This document shows, piece by piece, positions 27,017 to 41,639 of a stretch of DNA of 64,000 bases. Position numbers and translations under genes: made by a program. Numbering within the stretch: the first letter of the stretch is position 1; each line of letters opens with the position of its first letter. The DNA comes from Trichoplax adhaerens (lineage: Eukaryota; Animalia; Placozoa), in NCBI RefSeq assembly GCF_000150275.1, contig NW_002060945.1, forward strand, positions 7,507,684 to 7,571,683, given 5' to 3'. Under the pieces are notes generated by a model. That model had not been told where the DNA came from. It was given only the letters and a program-made list of their open reading frames with translations, and did no database searches.

Positions 27017-28815
27017 TCATGATACTAATAATGATATATACGAGTCTATGCTGTATTCAAAATTTAATTTAGTAGGTAATATTGGCAATGGATTGATAAC
27101 GTGTACACATGCAAGGGCGTTCAAGCTATCATGGTTCTGCTTACAACTAAAATTACAGCTAAATAATTTAAAGGAACACGATGATGTCTTGATTGAATAA
27201 ATTGCAGATAATTTAAGATATGATATACAGTATAATGTTCAGACAATATAGTATACCTGGTTTATAGTGCTTGCAATTGGCTTTATAGCCTAGCAAATAC
27301 ACGTAGATACACGAATATGCGTGCAATACATAGCAGGTAGAAATAATTTTGAAGAAAAACTACATTAAAATAACAGATTTTATGGTATATTTTTCCATTC
27401 ATTTGTCGTTTTTATTACTCTATTAAAACCTTTTCCTTAAAATGGCAAATTTAATGGAATATTAAAATACGACCAAAATTTGTTGCATTATTCCATAGCA
27501 ATCGATTTTACGACGTTACTAACAGCGATGGCAGGGTCACTTTTGTGGATTTAAAATTTTCAGTTATAGGATCAAGAGTAAATAATAGTATTATCTATCA
27601 TACGTAGAGTAAAATTAATATGGAAAAGTTATTTGATAGCATATATAGAAATACAGAAACTTTCGTGTTTCAAATACATAACGTACCAACATGGTAAAAT
27701 TTGGCTATTCAATATTGAATATACGAGAACAGTAGAGAATCTGTAAACACTATTTCAATATAAGATAGCAATAGAAAACTTTTTGTTATTGCTACATACC
27801 ACTAAATACTCTACAGACGCAGAGAAACAGAGCGTAGATACTTGAATGCTATTTCAGAGTCAGGCAATAATGAATTAGTAAAAGAAGAGCTTTTTTAGTA
27901 CAGTTACAGTATAACCTAAACTAATGACAATGCAAAACTACATTTTCAGTATCTTATGTCTATACCAACCAGTAGCAGAATTAGGATGTAAATATTGAAG
28001 CAAACGTAAATCTTTTAAGTAAGGCTAATGATAAGTTCATTGCTTCTGATGTAACTAGACTTTAGTTAATCTCATAGTCCAGAACTTTTACAAAAGGATA
28101 CATAGAAATGTGATCAATTTCCGATTTAGCCAATAATTAATGACAGTGTACACAAACGCAACTACTCCTAACATTACATACAGCTTTATAAAAAATATTG
28201 ACAGCTACCTCACGACACGAATTCATTACAATCTAATTATAAGAATTCTACTTTAACATACTTGATGGTACATATTCTACAGCAACAAGTTATAATACAA
28301 TATCTGACTATCACGCTATCATTAATTAATTATCACTTTAATAAACAATTTAACCGTCATATGAGTCTATCTTATGATAAATTCAATCGCGATATCGGAT
28401 ATAAATTTGTAAAAAGTAAAATATATATGAGTCCACTTTATAGATGATCGAGATATTATCCCTTTTCACAGATTTGATAACTGTATTAAGTTACTCGTTA
28501 TTAAAGTAGCTGTTCTTACGTAGATACTGCTTGCTATTTCTCTAGTAAATAGATTGATGAAGAATTTCGATATTCAAGACACGAACAGACTATAGTTTAA
28601 AATATCACTTTTATAATAACATCTTTACGGCTATAGCATATGAAAACAACTTTATCGTTCAATATAACTCGTCATTTTGCAATAGAAATACCTATTAATA
28701 AAAGTAAGGTTCGACTAAACATCATGAAATCATTTCCTAATCGTTGTAATATATCGATTGAAACGAGTAAGACTTATCCTGTATACATTTATTGAATTTG
28801 CTGCATAAAATTTGG

Positions 28816-29876
28816 CTATAAGTTATTTTCTGCAGGCAATGGAATAGTGAAAAATTGACTAAATAAGTAATCACTCCAGCTTGTAGGTAAAAGCGCTATC
28901 AATGCCATTAATTTCGATTCAAAACCAATCAGATAGTGATAGTCTGGTCTGGTCGATAGTAATGCATCGGCAACAGTTTCAGCAACCAAATTTAAATCCG
29001 ATGAAGCTTGCTGAACATAAATTCGAATATCCTCTAGTACTAAAAGATCAATAGTCAATGTTATGCATTATAATAATTGTAATTATATCACTACCGTCAT
29101 GATAGTATGTTGAACTTACGTTTATTGACATATTCTTCACTATAAAATTTTTTGGTTTGATCGTCCAAGTTGTTGTATAACTGGAGAGTCTCTCTTTCAA
29201 GAGCACCACCACAAATCATATTGGTTCTAAAGTAGCCAGGCTCAACTGTATGCACTGTGACACCAAAATACTTCATTTCACGGCGTAAAGCATCGGAGAA
29301 TGCCATTAAGCCGTACTTGGAGATACTGTAAGCACTGCAACCAGCAGTGGATATACGACCTAGAATACTACCAATATTGACAATTCTACCGCGTGATTTT
29401 TTAACCAGTGGTAAGAAAGCTGTTGTGATGGCTACTGAGCCGAACAAGTTGACTTCTGTTACTTTCTTATAACGTTCAATGGGTACCCATTCGATTAATC
29501 CACTGCCAGATACACCAGCATTATTGACAATACCCCATAAGCCTTGATCATCAGGCAATGTTTGCGTTACGATTTGAACAGCTCTTGCAATATCCTCTGC
29601 ATTAGTGATATCCAGCATGAACGGATGAAGACGTTTGGTTGCTATTTTACGCAATCCATCGATGCCACGTTGAGTTAAGCATCCTGCAAATACATAACAT
29701 CCTAATTGGTCCAGTTTTAAAGCAGTAAGTCGGCCAAAACCAGAGTCACATCCAGTCACCAAGACAAACTTGTCAGTCGCTTGGATCTTGCCATTCGTTG
29801 AATAACGGAAGATTTTATAAGCTATAATAGCAGTGAGAAGGGCAATAAAAGTATACAATATGAATGTCATGATCAT
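28816..29876 (-). CDS. SDR9C-family retinol/sterol dehydrogenase-like protein (RDH/DHRS9/HSD17B6-like), 2 exons
   Basis: N-terminal TM, TGCDSGFG, GLWGIVNNAG, catalytic YSISK, VEPGYF. Intron donor after 29120. Confidence 0.93.
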
Positions 29877-30639
29877 ATTCGTAGATGTTGACTACAATAG
29901 TGTGTCTCTACTATCGATAGTTCTACTTGAGGTTATGGACAGCTCCGTCGTCATTAATTAGAAACTGGGAATGCATGAACGTCTATTTTACGTCGTTTGA
30001 AGACGTCTTTTGTGCCCCGACCTCGTCACTACCGATGGCAAGCTAATTCACCATTGGTTAGGATCCTTCACCGGCAATATTAATAAAGCAGTACACAAGA
30101 TCGTGTGGTCAATCAAGATTAATAATCCAACCGTATTCGATAGTTGCTTACACCTATTGCTATCGTAAGCATGATGGGTTTAAAAGTTCGATAGTTGTAC
30201 AACCTGCAGACAGTCTTCCTAGGGCAAGTTGATTGTGGATTAAAAGTTGGAGATCGGTGTGCAAAATCCACTGCTGCAAGCCTAGCAATGATCTTGTAGC
30301 AGATGAAAGATGACAAACAAGCGTATTCAGTATTGAAGTACAACAGTAACTACACACCTTTCCTACGCTAATAAGCCATTTGTCAGGCTCATCAATGATA
30401 CTAATGATTAATTAATTCATGAATAAGGGAGTAATAAGAAGCTCGAGCAATGGCAAGACTTCGATGATGGCAACGCAAAAGGTAGATCAAGATGATGAAA
30501 AAACGAGAATTAATGCAACCCCCTAACTAGGCCACCGTCGCAGTCAGATAGCAAGTATGCTCACTACTGATAGAGCACTCTAATAGTCATCATGCGATGT
30601 CTACAATTTCAATCAACTGAGTCGTGTCTAGCACAACTT

Positions 30640-31500
30640 AGCGATTTCACTCATATCCTTACTACAGATTGAAACACTTAGTAGTAGTAACGGACTGAGA
30701 GACTGACAGACTCGTGGTCTCCATACTGAATCATGGCTTGAGTAAAGCTTGAATCATAGCGATGGACCGAATGACTGACAGACTCGTGGTCTCCATACTG
30801 AATACTGAATCAAAGTCCAGTAATCGATGATTTCATCCACTTACTTTCTACAGATTGAAACACTTAGTTGTGATGGACAGAGCGACGGACTCTTGCTATC
30901 GGAGACTTTCGAATCATGCCTTGAGTAACTACAGTACATAGCGATGGACCGAATGACTGACAGACTCGTGGTCTCCATACTGAATCCTGAATCATAGTCC
31001 AGTAATCAATGATTTCAGTCACTTACTTTCTACAGATTGAAACACTTAGTTGTGATGGACAGAGCGACGGACTCTTGCTATCGGAGACTTTCGAATCATG
31101 CCTTGAGTAACTACTGTAAAGCTTGAATCATAGCGATGGACCGAACGACTGACAGACTCGTGACATCAATACTGAATTTGAATCATGAACGGGCGATGTA
31201 TGATTTCAATCGCTCACTCGCTACGGATCGAAACACTTAGTTGTGATGGACAGAGTGACGGACTCTTGATATCGATACTCAATCATAGTATAGTGATTAG
31301 TGATTTCACTGCGGTCATGGACTGAAGATTGACTTATACTTAGTACAGGATGTAGTAGCGATGGACTGAGCGACTGACAGACTGGTGGCATCGATACTGA
31401 ATCTAAATTATGAAATGGTGATGAATGGTTTCACTCGCTCGCTTACTGCAGATTGCAACACTTAGCTGTCATGGAACCTGCGACTGACTGACTCGTGACT
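30640..31500. repeat. Degenerate ~185-bp array (dimer of ~90-bp subunits) between the divergent SDR and CCDC93 starts
   Basis: TACAGATTGAAACACTTAG-like anchors near 30663, 30848, 31031, 31222, 31446. GATGGAC...GACTC occurs twice per unit. Confidence 0.9.
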
Positions 31501-31795
31501 GCGAGCCAATGGCCCGGCTCGGTCCGGTCCGGTCCAGCCCATACTGGCCATAAGTCTACAGTGTACAGTATGCTGTACTGTACTCAATACAGTACTTACT
31601 ACTATGCTCTTTCCAGCGCATATTCATGCCCCAAGTTACTATAGCAATTGCTAGAGAAGCAGCACAGATTTGGCAAAGCAATCCCAATCCAGTTGGAGTT
31701 ACTTTTTAATTCAACACCATTCTAGTTTCAATCTTAGCCAAGTATTGCTCACTTTTAACGGGCGATAGTATAGCTTTAGTTGGTGCCACGGCAAG

Positions 31796-34700
31796 ATGTC
31801 TACTTCTGTATTTTCTCGGCTTACTTCAGCCGCATTTAGTGATGCGGATAAGGACCAGTTCCAAAAGGTAAAACCTCTTGCTTTGCTGGCTCATCTTGAT
31901 GTCTTGCTGCTGCTGTAGCCATGCAGAAAAATAAAGCTGCTTTTCTTCATCTCTCTCGTTTCTAGGCTGATATTAGAACGGATGAGGAGCAACAAGTTAA
32001 ATTAGATGATACAATGCAGTTGCTTATTGCTGCTGGATACTTTCGTGCTCGTATTAAGGGCCTCTCGCCTTTTGATAAGGTCAGACAAATAGGATGCATA
32101 ATGGATTGAAATCTTCTCTACTTTAGCGTGGCATCCATGTCATACATAAAGTCTGATATTATTTTCTTCCTTTATTTTAAAAACGTATTCGATAATGGAA
32201 TAATAGACTGTAGGTGGAATGACTTGGTGTATTACCTCCAGTAACTTTGATATCGATGTCGACTTGTTATACCAAGAGAATTCTACAATTGGGCAGAAGA
32301 TGTAAGAATTGCCAGTGTAATTAGGAGATGGCGATTGTGTTGTGTACACTTATCATGATTCCTAAACAGAAGACTCTGTTACATCTTGTTAGTCTTTAAT
32401 ACGACAATAATGAAATGGAAGTCCATAGAGATTGATCATAAACAGAATACCCAATTTGATTTAGTTAGTTTCCACTGCAATGATGGAATTGAAGTCTATG
32501 AAGATCGATCATTGCAGATAGATATGAAAGTAATCAACGATGAGTACACTATTCTATGACGCTTTACTATCAATTAGATAGAATACCCAATTTTAACCTT
32601 GTTAGTCTTCATTAAAATTATGAAATTAAAGTCTATAAGGATTGACTAGTGACGGTGGACATGAACGTAATAAACTAAACTATCCTATTATATTTTACTG
32701 GCAAGGTTGAACGTTAACATTGACACCAGCCATGATAAATGGACTGTATAGCCGATTCAATCTTGTTATTCTTGACTACAGTAATAAAATTATAGTTTAA
32801 GAGGATTGATCAGTACAACTTGACGTAAAGTAATCCACTTTACTATCCAGTTACATTTTTACTATCAATGGATTCGCTAGTCAGGATACGCAGATGATAT
32901 ACCGGAATCAATCTTGTTATTCTTTACGACCATACAGTGATAAAGTTAAAGTTCATATGGATTAAATAGTACAGATTGACATGCAAATAATAAAATAAAT
33001 TATCTTATTGTATTTCACTATCAAGTTTTACCTTGAATAGTTGCGCTTGTCAAACAAATAGACCGTATATCCGATTCGATTTGATTATTTCTTTTTACTA
33101 CAGTGCAGTAATGAAAGCTAAAGTTCATGAGGATTGATACGTAAATAATCAATTACGAATACCATCAAATTGTATTTATCTCGAAATTTTAGAGCATTAA
33201 CTGAGAAGATTGTTGCCGTCTTACCAAAGATGAAGTGCCCCTATCGTATTGAACCTCATCAAATTCAAGGTCTTGATTTTATACATATATACCCAGTTGT
33301 TCAGGTTTGTCAGCTAGAAACTGTGATGATTGTGTAACGTTTTTGTCAACAAGATGCAAAAAATTTTAGGTGCTATCTTGTTGAAAAGTACTAAGTTTAG
33401 ACTATAATTATAGTGGTTGGTAAAACAAGCTTTAGAAACGCGTCAAGAGACTGGTAATGTTACTAGAAAGATTTCTGAGCTCAACTTCGCAAAGTCTTAC
33501 CGTGCACCTGAGGTAGAAAATTTTAGCTATCACTGCTTCAACTTTATCCATAGCTTATGGCTAATTTATCCATATTTTATCGTCATTACTTAAATACTAC
33601 TATTGCTCGCAATGATAACCTTTAATTTTCCTTAAAATGTTCTATCACACATAATAGGATGATCAATATGCCGATAAGAAAGAAGGAATTTCTAAAGGAT
33701 TAAAAACAGTCATGGTAATTAAGCACATAAATATTTTGTGATACTCACAATAACTATACAGTATACTCTTGTCTTAATAATGTTATTAACATCAACTGCG
33801 AATTGAATATCCTATCTGCTGCTATTTGAAGGATAACTATAGACCAAATCGTAGATTTCGTCGATCAGACAGCAAAGCAGTCGCACAATTAGATGAACCA
33901 ACTCGTATTCAATCGACTTTGTTAGAGTACGGCATGTAAGTGCTTGTTTATCTATCTTCAATTTTTTCATATTGAATCATACAAATACAACGACACAATA
34001 AGAATTAGTCGGATCTCTGTACCCATTAATACTTTATAAATCGTTTTAAAATTAGAATGTTGTTATATTTATTAGGAAATTTGGTGCAGCTCCTAAATCC
34101 AAAAGTGAGGACGAGACGGTAAGGAAATGAAACATGTTAAATGTTCTATACTGTTTAGGCTAAGCAAGGATAGGTATATGCACGGTAAACTTATTGATTC
34201 TTGTTAATTCTTGATAATATAGGAGCAAAGTGAAGTTGCAAAAAAAGCTTCTGCCGTTAGCTCAGCAGTTAAAGCGGCTGCCGGTAAAGAAGTTAATGAT
34301 GATGAAGAGGAAGTTGTTGATGAAGTGAGTATAGGATGTTTTTAAGGTCATTCTATAATACTATAATGTAACATTTATTTACGAATCATGTTACGACATT
34401 CAGTATATTATATAATTATCACAGATATAGTAATTATTAAAATTAGTTGGGAAACAGAAAGGAAATTATCTTTTCATGCATATTTTACGATAATCGTACG
34501 TGCAGTTACTGTAACTATTGGTGTATTAAAATTATAGAAAGAAATCTCACGAATAATGAATGATATGTCTGCAGCCGCTGGTGCTGAGGTAAGTGTATTA
34601 TACTACCTAAGTTAAACTTTGCATTGATACGCATTACTAACACTACACTGTAATGATACGGTGTGTTAGTTTTTGGTAATTGTTCTATAGAGTATCCTGG

Positions 34701-36801
34701 AAATACCCAGTTGATATTATAAAACTTTTCTATACTTGATAAACAAGTTGAGAACGTAAGATATTCTTTACGTTTGTTTAGGCTACGGTCTCATCAAGTC
34801 TAGTTGGATCAATCGTAGGATTACAGTCGGAAGAAATTCAAAATATATCCTCTGAGTATGCTGGAAAGGTACATAGATAAAAGTCACAGTATTTTTTTGA
34901 TACAGTTACAACCTTACTAATATTATTAACTTATATATTTCAGCAAATTGATATTGGCCGTGATGAAAAGTCAGGACAAGTGAGAGGCCTAGAATCCCAT
35001 AAGAGAATTGTTGAGAATCTATCAAAGCAGATTGCATCAGAAGAACAAAACTTTTCAGTGGTACATGTCATGCAAAACTTACGATATTTTATATTCATTA
35101 TGTAGTAGTAATTGCTTTAATCGGTATAAATGTAGGTAAGTCAAAAACACAACCAATTGGAAACACAACTAGCAGAAAAGCAGCAAAGTTTGGCAGAGGT
35201 ATTTGACATCATCATTTTCTCAACACTAACAATAAGATAATAGAATTACCTTTATTTTTCTTATAGTATCAAACAAAGAAGGAAAAGTACGTTAGCGAAA
35301 TAGAGGAATTCAATGAGATCGAAAAGTCTGGCGAAAATGCTAGGTAAAGTTGAACGATCTTTCATTATTGTTTGCTGCTTCACCGATTTGCCTTTGATTC
35401 TTTTATAAGTATAAATCTTGTATCCCTTTTTATATTTGTTTACAGCCTGTTGGTAACGTTGCAAGACCTTGTACTTCAAAATGAGACATTAAAAAAGCAA
35501 GAACAACAATTTAAGAGTTTCTGCAAGGTAAGGCTAAAGCCCAATGCTAGTGATGTAACTTTTAGCGAATACATGCAATTTATCCAAATGTATAGTAAGA
35601 TAAATGATTTTACATTTAGGACGAGATCATTCGTCTCCAAGAAATGATTAATAATCTGAAAGACGAAGAAGAAGATAATTTAAGCTTGGACAAAGAGAAG
35701 TCACATTTAGTAGAAAAACAATATACTGCCGATAAAGAGAAATTCAATAAAATAAAATTATTCCTTGTATGCTATACTATTATTTTGGCCAAAATATAAA
35801 TATAAACGGTCAATTATTCATTATTGTCCTTGTTACTGATCTTCTATTATTATCCTTTGTTAAGGCTGGTAGAAATCGTGAAATTGCTTCAGTTCAGCGA
35901 AAAATTGATGAAGTTCCAACAAGAGCTGAACTTACTCAATATCAGAAACGTTTCGTGGAACTATATAATCAAGGTTTGAGATTGTTTCCTATTTCGTATA
36001 TGTTACGTGAGGTAGCGCACTTTAAGCCACCTTCCTTTGTTATTATTCCACAGTCGCAACTACATTAACCGAAACGAAGCAATATTTTACCTTGTATAAT
36101 ACTCTGGATGATACAAAGTTATACCTATCGAAAGAGGTATAAAACTTTTCCAGTGCTAATATTTTTACTGCTAACAATCGCGATAGACAAAGATCGATTT
36201 ATTGACAAGGAATCATTTAATTTTCTACTTTACTCATTAGGTCAGCCTGCTGAACTCGATCCATGATAACTTTCAACAGTAAGTCCATATACACTCTAAA
36301 GTTAAAATATTTTGACAAGAATTCTGTTTTAACCCAAATTAATATTCTTTCCTTGCGAATTATTTTATGAAAGGGCCATGGCTTCTGCCGCTAATAAAGA
36401 GCAGTTTCTGAAACAGTTGGAACAGATCGTGAGCGGAATCACCCAAAATAGAACAAAGGTTAATAGTTTTACCTAGAAATGTTCTTCAGTCGTATCGTTT
36501 TTTGTAATGATCATTTTGATCCATTGGATTATAATGATTTTTTTTGCAGGCCGAAAAGAAAAGAGCTAATGAGAAAATGCGTAGAGATGAGCTTACTGAT
36601 CGATACTTAGATTTAGTCGATAAACAAAGATTGTACATAAAGACTGTTAAAGCTTTTACCGAGGTATTTATTGATTTGTTGTCAATTGTTGTATATACAT
36701 CTCAATGCAGGCTATGTAATATTCAGCTTACGATCTGATTTTGTACTTTAAAGGAATGCAAGAAGAATGAAATACTAACTGCAAAATTGGAAAGAAGATA
36801 G
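31796..36801 (+). CDS. CCDC93: Coiled-coil domain-containing protein 93 (CCC/Commander complex), about 20 exons
   Basis: [87 protein letters not shown]. Confidence 0.96.
32365..33150. repeat. Highly degenerate ~135-170-bp array in CCDC93 intron 3 (about 5 units)
   Basis: Recurring (T/C)TTGTTA(G/T)T...TGAA..TAAAGT...GGATTGA motif near 32385, 32460, 32600, 32760, 32912, 33080. Confidence 0.75.
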
Positions 36802-38306
36802 ATTTTACTAAACTTGATTTGTTTATATTGATGAAATGTATCCTATACAGTATGTGAATAATTCAATGTGCACGTAAAATATTAAATACTGTAGTCATTC
36901 TAACTACCGTTTACCATTTTTGAACTGATATTAGAATATGTTATGTTTGATATGACCTATTTCCGGTACATTTTGCTACTATCGAGTTTAGGGCATGAAT
37001 CTTAATTCGGTAATAAAATTTATTTTGGTTGAATCATTTTGTGTACTTAATTGGTTGTCGTTTGAAAATATTTTCGTCAATTTACTCTAAATGTCCTGTA
37101 TTCTTTAAGAGCACTTGAACGAATCGAGCTTGTCGGCTAATAATATTATCCAATACCGATGGTTCTCAAATATACTTAAATGCCATTTGAAGGTTATATG
37201 ATACTGTCCTAAAGACTATAGTTTATTTACTACTAAGATAAAGCTGTTTGCAGTTATTATTACCAGTAATACAGTAAGTAATGCCCTAAATGCTACCTTA
37301 ACGGCTCAGAATCATAATTTATGGATTTACGTTGTGTCCTTGCAGCGCGAATAACGGCATATTATTATTTTCTAACCAAAGTCTACCGAACCATAACTAA
37401 TTGGATTTTGTTTACTACAAAATATGTTTAACGTGAAGTAAAATTTAAAAAGCTGTTTACCTGAAGAACTTGCGGTCATTGAAGTTATTTGTAGCCTTTC
37501 TGGCTCTAAGATTGTCTTGCTATACACAGAACCAGTAGCGATTATCGTTACGTTATTAGAAGAGTTCGAAATTGGTATCAAAAGCAATCGCAGATAAATT
37601 CGTTTATAACAGTTTCATTGTTACATTAACCGTACTAACTGCGAGAGTAAAAAAGCAACATCTTTCTCGTACAGTGCATTTGCAGCCTTAAAAGTTAACA
37701 TCAGTGCTAGGATAAAGAGCTACCACAACAAAGAAGACTTGTAAGTAAAATATAGCAACAACAAAAATAATTGCGACGGCAGATACGAAAATTACAAAGT
37801 AAATGAATAGGAAAGGCGATACCATAAACTTACTCGTATGTTGCTACCATTAAAATTACTTGTATGGCTTTGAAAATTGAGCAAAGCTTTCAAAGTATGC
37901 AACTAATGAAGATCATGAAAACGATATAATAAACTATTACTGTAAATATTCTTTTACTGTCGCCGACCGGTACATCCAAGTTAAAATGAGGCTTTTACAT
38001 AAATTGTAATTATGCTATGAAATAGAAATAACAGCTATACATACATCTAAATAATGGGCAGAGTCATTAATATCATTGATGACGTATTATATTTTTATAT
38101 TACGAAATAGAAATCTCCAAAGGAGAGAACAGAACGTGTTAGAATAGTATATCTAAATGTTATACTTTTAAGCTAATCATTATCAATTGCACTGGCTCAT
38201 TTTATTGACTGGCTAGCCGTTCGGGGCTTTGAGGGAATTGCATATGCATATCAATTTATGTAGAGTGATAAACTGTTTTTAACACTTGTTACAAAGGTAG
38301 GAGATA

Positions 38307-39672
38307 TTACAATTCAGAAGTATTTGGATTTGGCATAGGTGAAAATTTTCGAAATAACCAATCAGCAAGGCTATACGGTAGGTAACTAATGATTAAGAAT
38401 ATCCATGCATCAGATCCAATGTAATAAAATTCGCGAGGTGCTATAGAAAAAAGAGCATCCTCAATGGCTTCAGTAACTTTATTCACCTCAGGTGAGGCTT
38501 TCCCAGCTATTGCCAGTAAGCTTTCCTCCACTTTAAAGGAATAAAGGTGAAAAAAATGAAAGATTTAACATAACTACTAGCTTATATAGCATATACTAAG
38601 TATACAATGTATAGAGATTTCCAAGATATTCATTCATTATATAACTACACTAATACTGAACGAGACTGAATTTTTTTAAACTTTCCATTTCTCTATACTG
38701 ATGCTAACACTAAACAGTTTATATTCTATTTCGATGTAAAATTTAATACTGTTTTATGCTATAAAATATGCCATATTTACAGTATTGATGAATATCTATT
38801 CGTGACTTGGATCGAGAAAATTATTAAGGTTCGGAACTATTTAATAGGTATGCCATCATGATAGAGTAATGAAGAAGTTAGCCATAATCACATGAAAATA
38901 ATTTATGGTACATAAATTTATACTTACAGCTGGTAAAAAATTTCTGATTATACGTTTTTTGCAATTGTTGGCTGAGCTTAGATTGTTTCTCCTTCAGCTC
39001 TTCTAATATTTTTGCTGGCTGTGATAAAGGTGTACGAAATAATCCAGGACACATACAACTTACTGAAACATCAAAAGGCGCCATTTCACGTCGTAAGACA
39101 TTAGAAAAGGCGATAACTCCTGCCTTGGATACACAATAGGGTGCAAAATAAAAAGGACATGCTATGCCCAAGATACTAGCAACATTAACAACTCTTCCTT
39201 TAGCTATTTTAATGAGAGGAACAAACTGGTTGCTCATTCTGATGGTGCCATAGAGATTAATATCCACGATACGATGATAATCTTCTGTGGATAACCAATC
39301 AGTAAATCCATTGATTAATATACCAGCGTTATTGACAATTCCCCATAGTCCCACATCTTTAGGTAGGGTTTTATGAACCAGTTCATAGGCCTGCTCAACC
39401 TGTTCAGCCCTCGTAATGTCCAAGATGAAAGCATGAATTGTGGAATATTTCTCGTTCAATTCCTGGACTGCATCTAGAGTTAAACAACCAGCAAAAACAT
39501 TTACTTTTTGCTGACATAAACTTTCAGCTAGTAAGCGTCCAAAACCACTATCGCAACCAGTAATTAGTACATATCTATCGGATAATCCTTCCACTTTTCC
39601 TTTAGGTTTAACCAAAAAGCAAGCATAACATAGATAAGTTAATGCTAGTAAGATAATAATGGTGATAATCAT
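38307..39672 (-). CDS. Second SDR9C-family retinol/sterol dehydrogenase-like protein, 2 exons
   Basis: TGCDSGFG, GLWGIVNNAG, catalytic YCVSK. Single intron at about the same position as in the 28816-29876 paralog. Confidence 0.93.
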
Positions 39673-39864
39673 ATCTTGAAATTGAGGATATGGTTCAACG
39701 ATGAAATAAAAATGATTAAGACGTTTGTATTTAGGTAATCCAGAATCTTATGGTCAGATTTGGAGTAGAAATTGAATGAGGTAGCAGTCAGCTGTCTTGC
39801 TATCGTGTCTGTTAGTCAAATGAATGGTAGAATTAAGTAGCAATGATGTAATTATAATTATTTC

Positions 39865-40800
39865 TGTTAAATGATTGAAAGACTTTGATAGTAAAAAATC
39901 ATCAATTCTCTGAGGGAGCGATATGAATTGTCGATCGTGAACATTGACAGAAATGTTGACTATATAAAATATTAATGATTGAGTTGATTCCCGTGAATTT
40001 ATTCTTGGAAGATTTGTAGCATGATATAAATAGAGATTTACGATCAGAAAGATAGATATAATTGTTTCTTCCTAATAAGTGAGAAACCTTGGCAGCAAAG
40101 ATCATCGATTCTCTGAGTGGACAATATTAATTGCCGATGGTAAATATAGGCTGAAATGATAGCTAAGTAAAACAACTGTGATTGAATTGCTTCCAGAGAA
40201 TTATTTCTTCAATATCAAAAGCGTACCGTAGCTACTACTAACATCAAGGTATTCTATTCAGAAATATAAAAGGTTTCCTCTTAATGATTGGAAAATCTGG
40301 ATAGCAAGGATTATTAATTCTCTGAATGAACAATATTAATTATCGAAGGTCAATATGAACTAAAATGATAGTTAAGTAAAAAAGAGGTGGTTAAATTGAT
40401 TCCAGTAAATCTTATTTCTTCAATAGTAAAAAAATATATCTACTGTTAATATCAACGTATTTTATTCAGAAAGGTAGATATAATGATCTCCCTTAAATGA
40501 TCGGAAATCTTGATGGCAAAAATTTCAATTCTCTGAGTGAATAATATTAATTAGCGATAGTGAATATAAGCTGAAGTGATCGTAGGTAAAAATAATCGCG
40601 ATCGAATTTGTTCCAGTAAATCTTATTTCTTCAATAGTAAAGAAATATCTACTGCTAATATCAACGAATTTTATCCTGAAAGGTTGACATGATGTTTTCC
40701 TTCAAATAATCGGAAAATCTGAATGGCAAAGATCAGTTCTCTGAGTGAGCTCTATTAATTACCGGCACCGATCATTAACATTAGCAGAAATGATAACTAC
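39865..40800. repeat. Degenerate ~207-bp tandem array (about 5 units) upstream of the second SDR ATG
   Basis: TTCTCTGA(G/A) anchor near 39905, 40107, 40316, 40527, 40735. Confidence 0.88.
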
Positions 40801-40808
40801 GTAAAAAT

Positions 40809-41622
40809 ATGAATGAGTGGATGAATTCTAATGAGTTTTCCCTTCCAAGATGCAAGGTAAGAATTAGAGTTGAAGATCGATATCAAGTAAATAAATACAA
40901 CTCGTTACCGCGTACTGTATTCAATCAAGAACGGTAGATAAACTCTATCGAAATTAAAATGTGGAAATAGATTATAATAGAAGGGAATTAACAGAACAAG
41001 GATTGCCAATCTTAACAAGGAAATGAGTTCAAAAATTGATTTCAGTAGCTTAGCTGTTTTTCTAGCTATAAACTTTTTCCCATTAAATAGGTGGCTGTAA
41101 TTGGCGATTTAAACTGTTTCGATGGATGGCAAAGAGAGCTAAATGCCCTTGCGATCAATTTTAATATCCGCCGATCTAGAAAAAGGTTAGGTACAATCAT
41201 TAGAAGTGAGCCAGAAATAACAAGGCAGCTTTGTGGTCAGTAAGTGCAATAAATAGAATAATTAATAAGTCCGGCCTCCAGTTTTGAGCTGTTTGTTCGT
41301 TGATTTTTATTTATTTATTTACTCTTAAAATACAAGTTGGCCTAAGGATAGTCCAACCGTCTATTTGTCTGTTTGCAGATTTACCTAGAATTCACCTGTA
41401 GCATACTAAGAATAAAGTATTGAAGGTGGAAAGCTACTCGGGATCGAATTATGATCTATTAGATATATGTAATGTATCTTTCAGGTTATAGTAGCGGATT
41501 CTTATAAAGGGGTCTTATTAGGAGATATCGTATTGTAAAGAGGCTTTAGTGAGGATGGCAGCGATGATGAGGAAAAACAATTCGAAATTAGGGAGTGCTT
41601 TGAGTCTACATGTATCATCTAG
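40809..41622 (+). pseudogene. Possible remnant of a Rho/Rnd-like small GTPase gene
   Basis: Splice join 40856/41091 gives ...LPRCK|VAVIGDLNC (cf. RCKIVVVGDxxCGKT) but GKT is missing. The last exon-like block has an in-frame stop and ends ESTCII* (CaaX-like length if T-C-I-I is read loosely). Confidence 0.3.
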
Positions 41623-41639
41623 TTAGAATGCTCATCATG

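Noticed and set aside
37280-37740. Exon-like - strand segments between CCDC93 and SDR2
   Set aside because: Candidate joins run into stops and show no recognisable homology.
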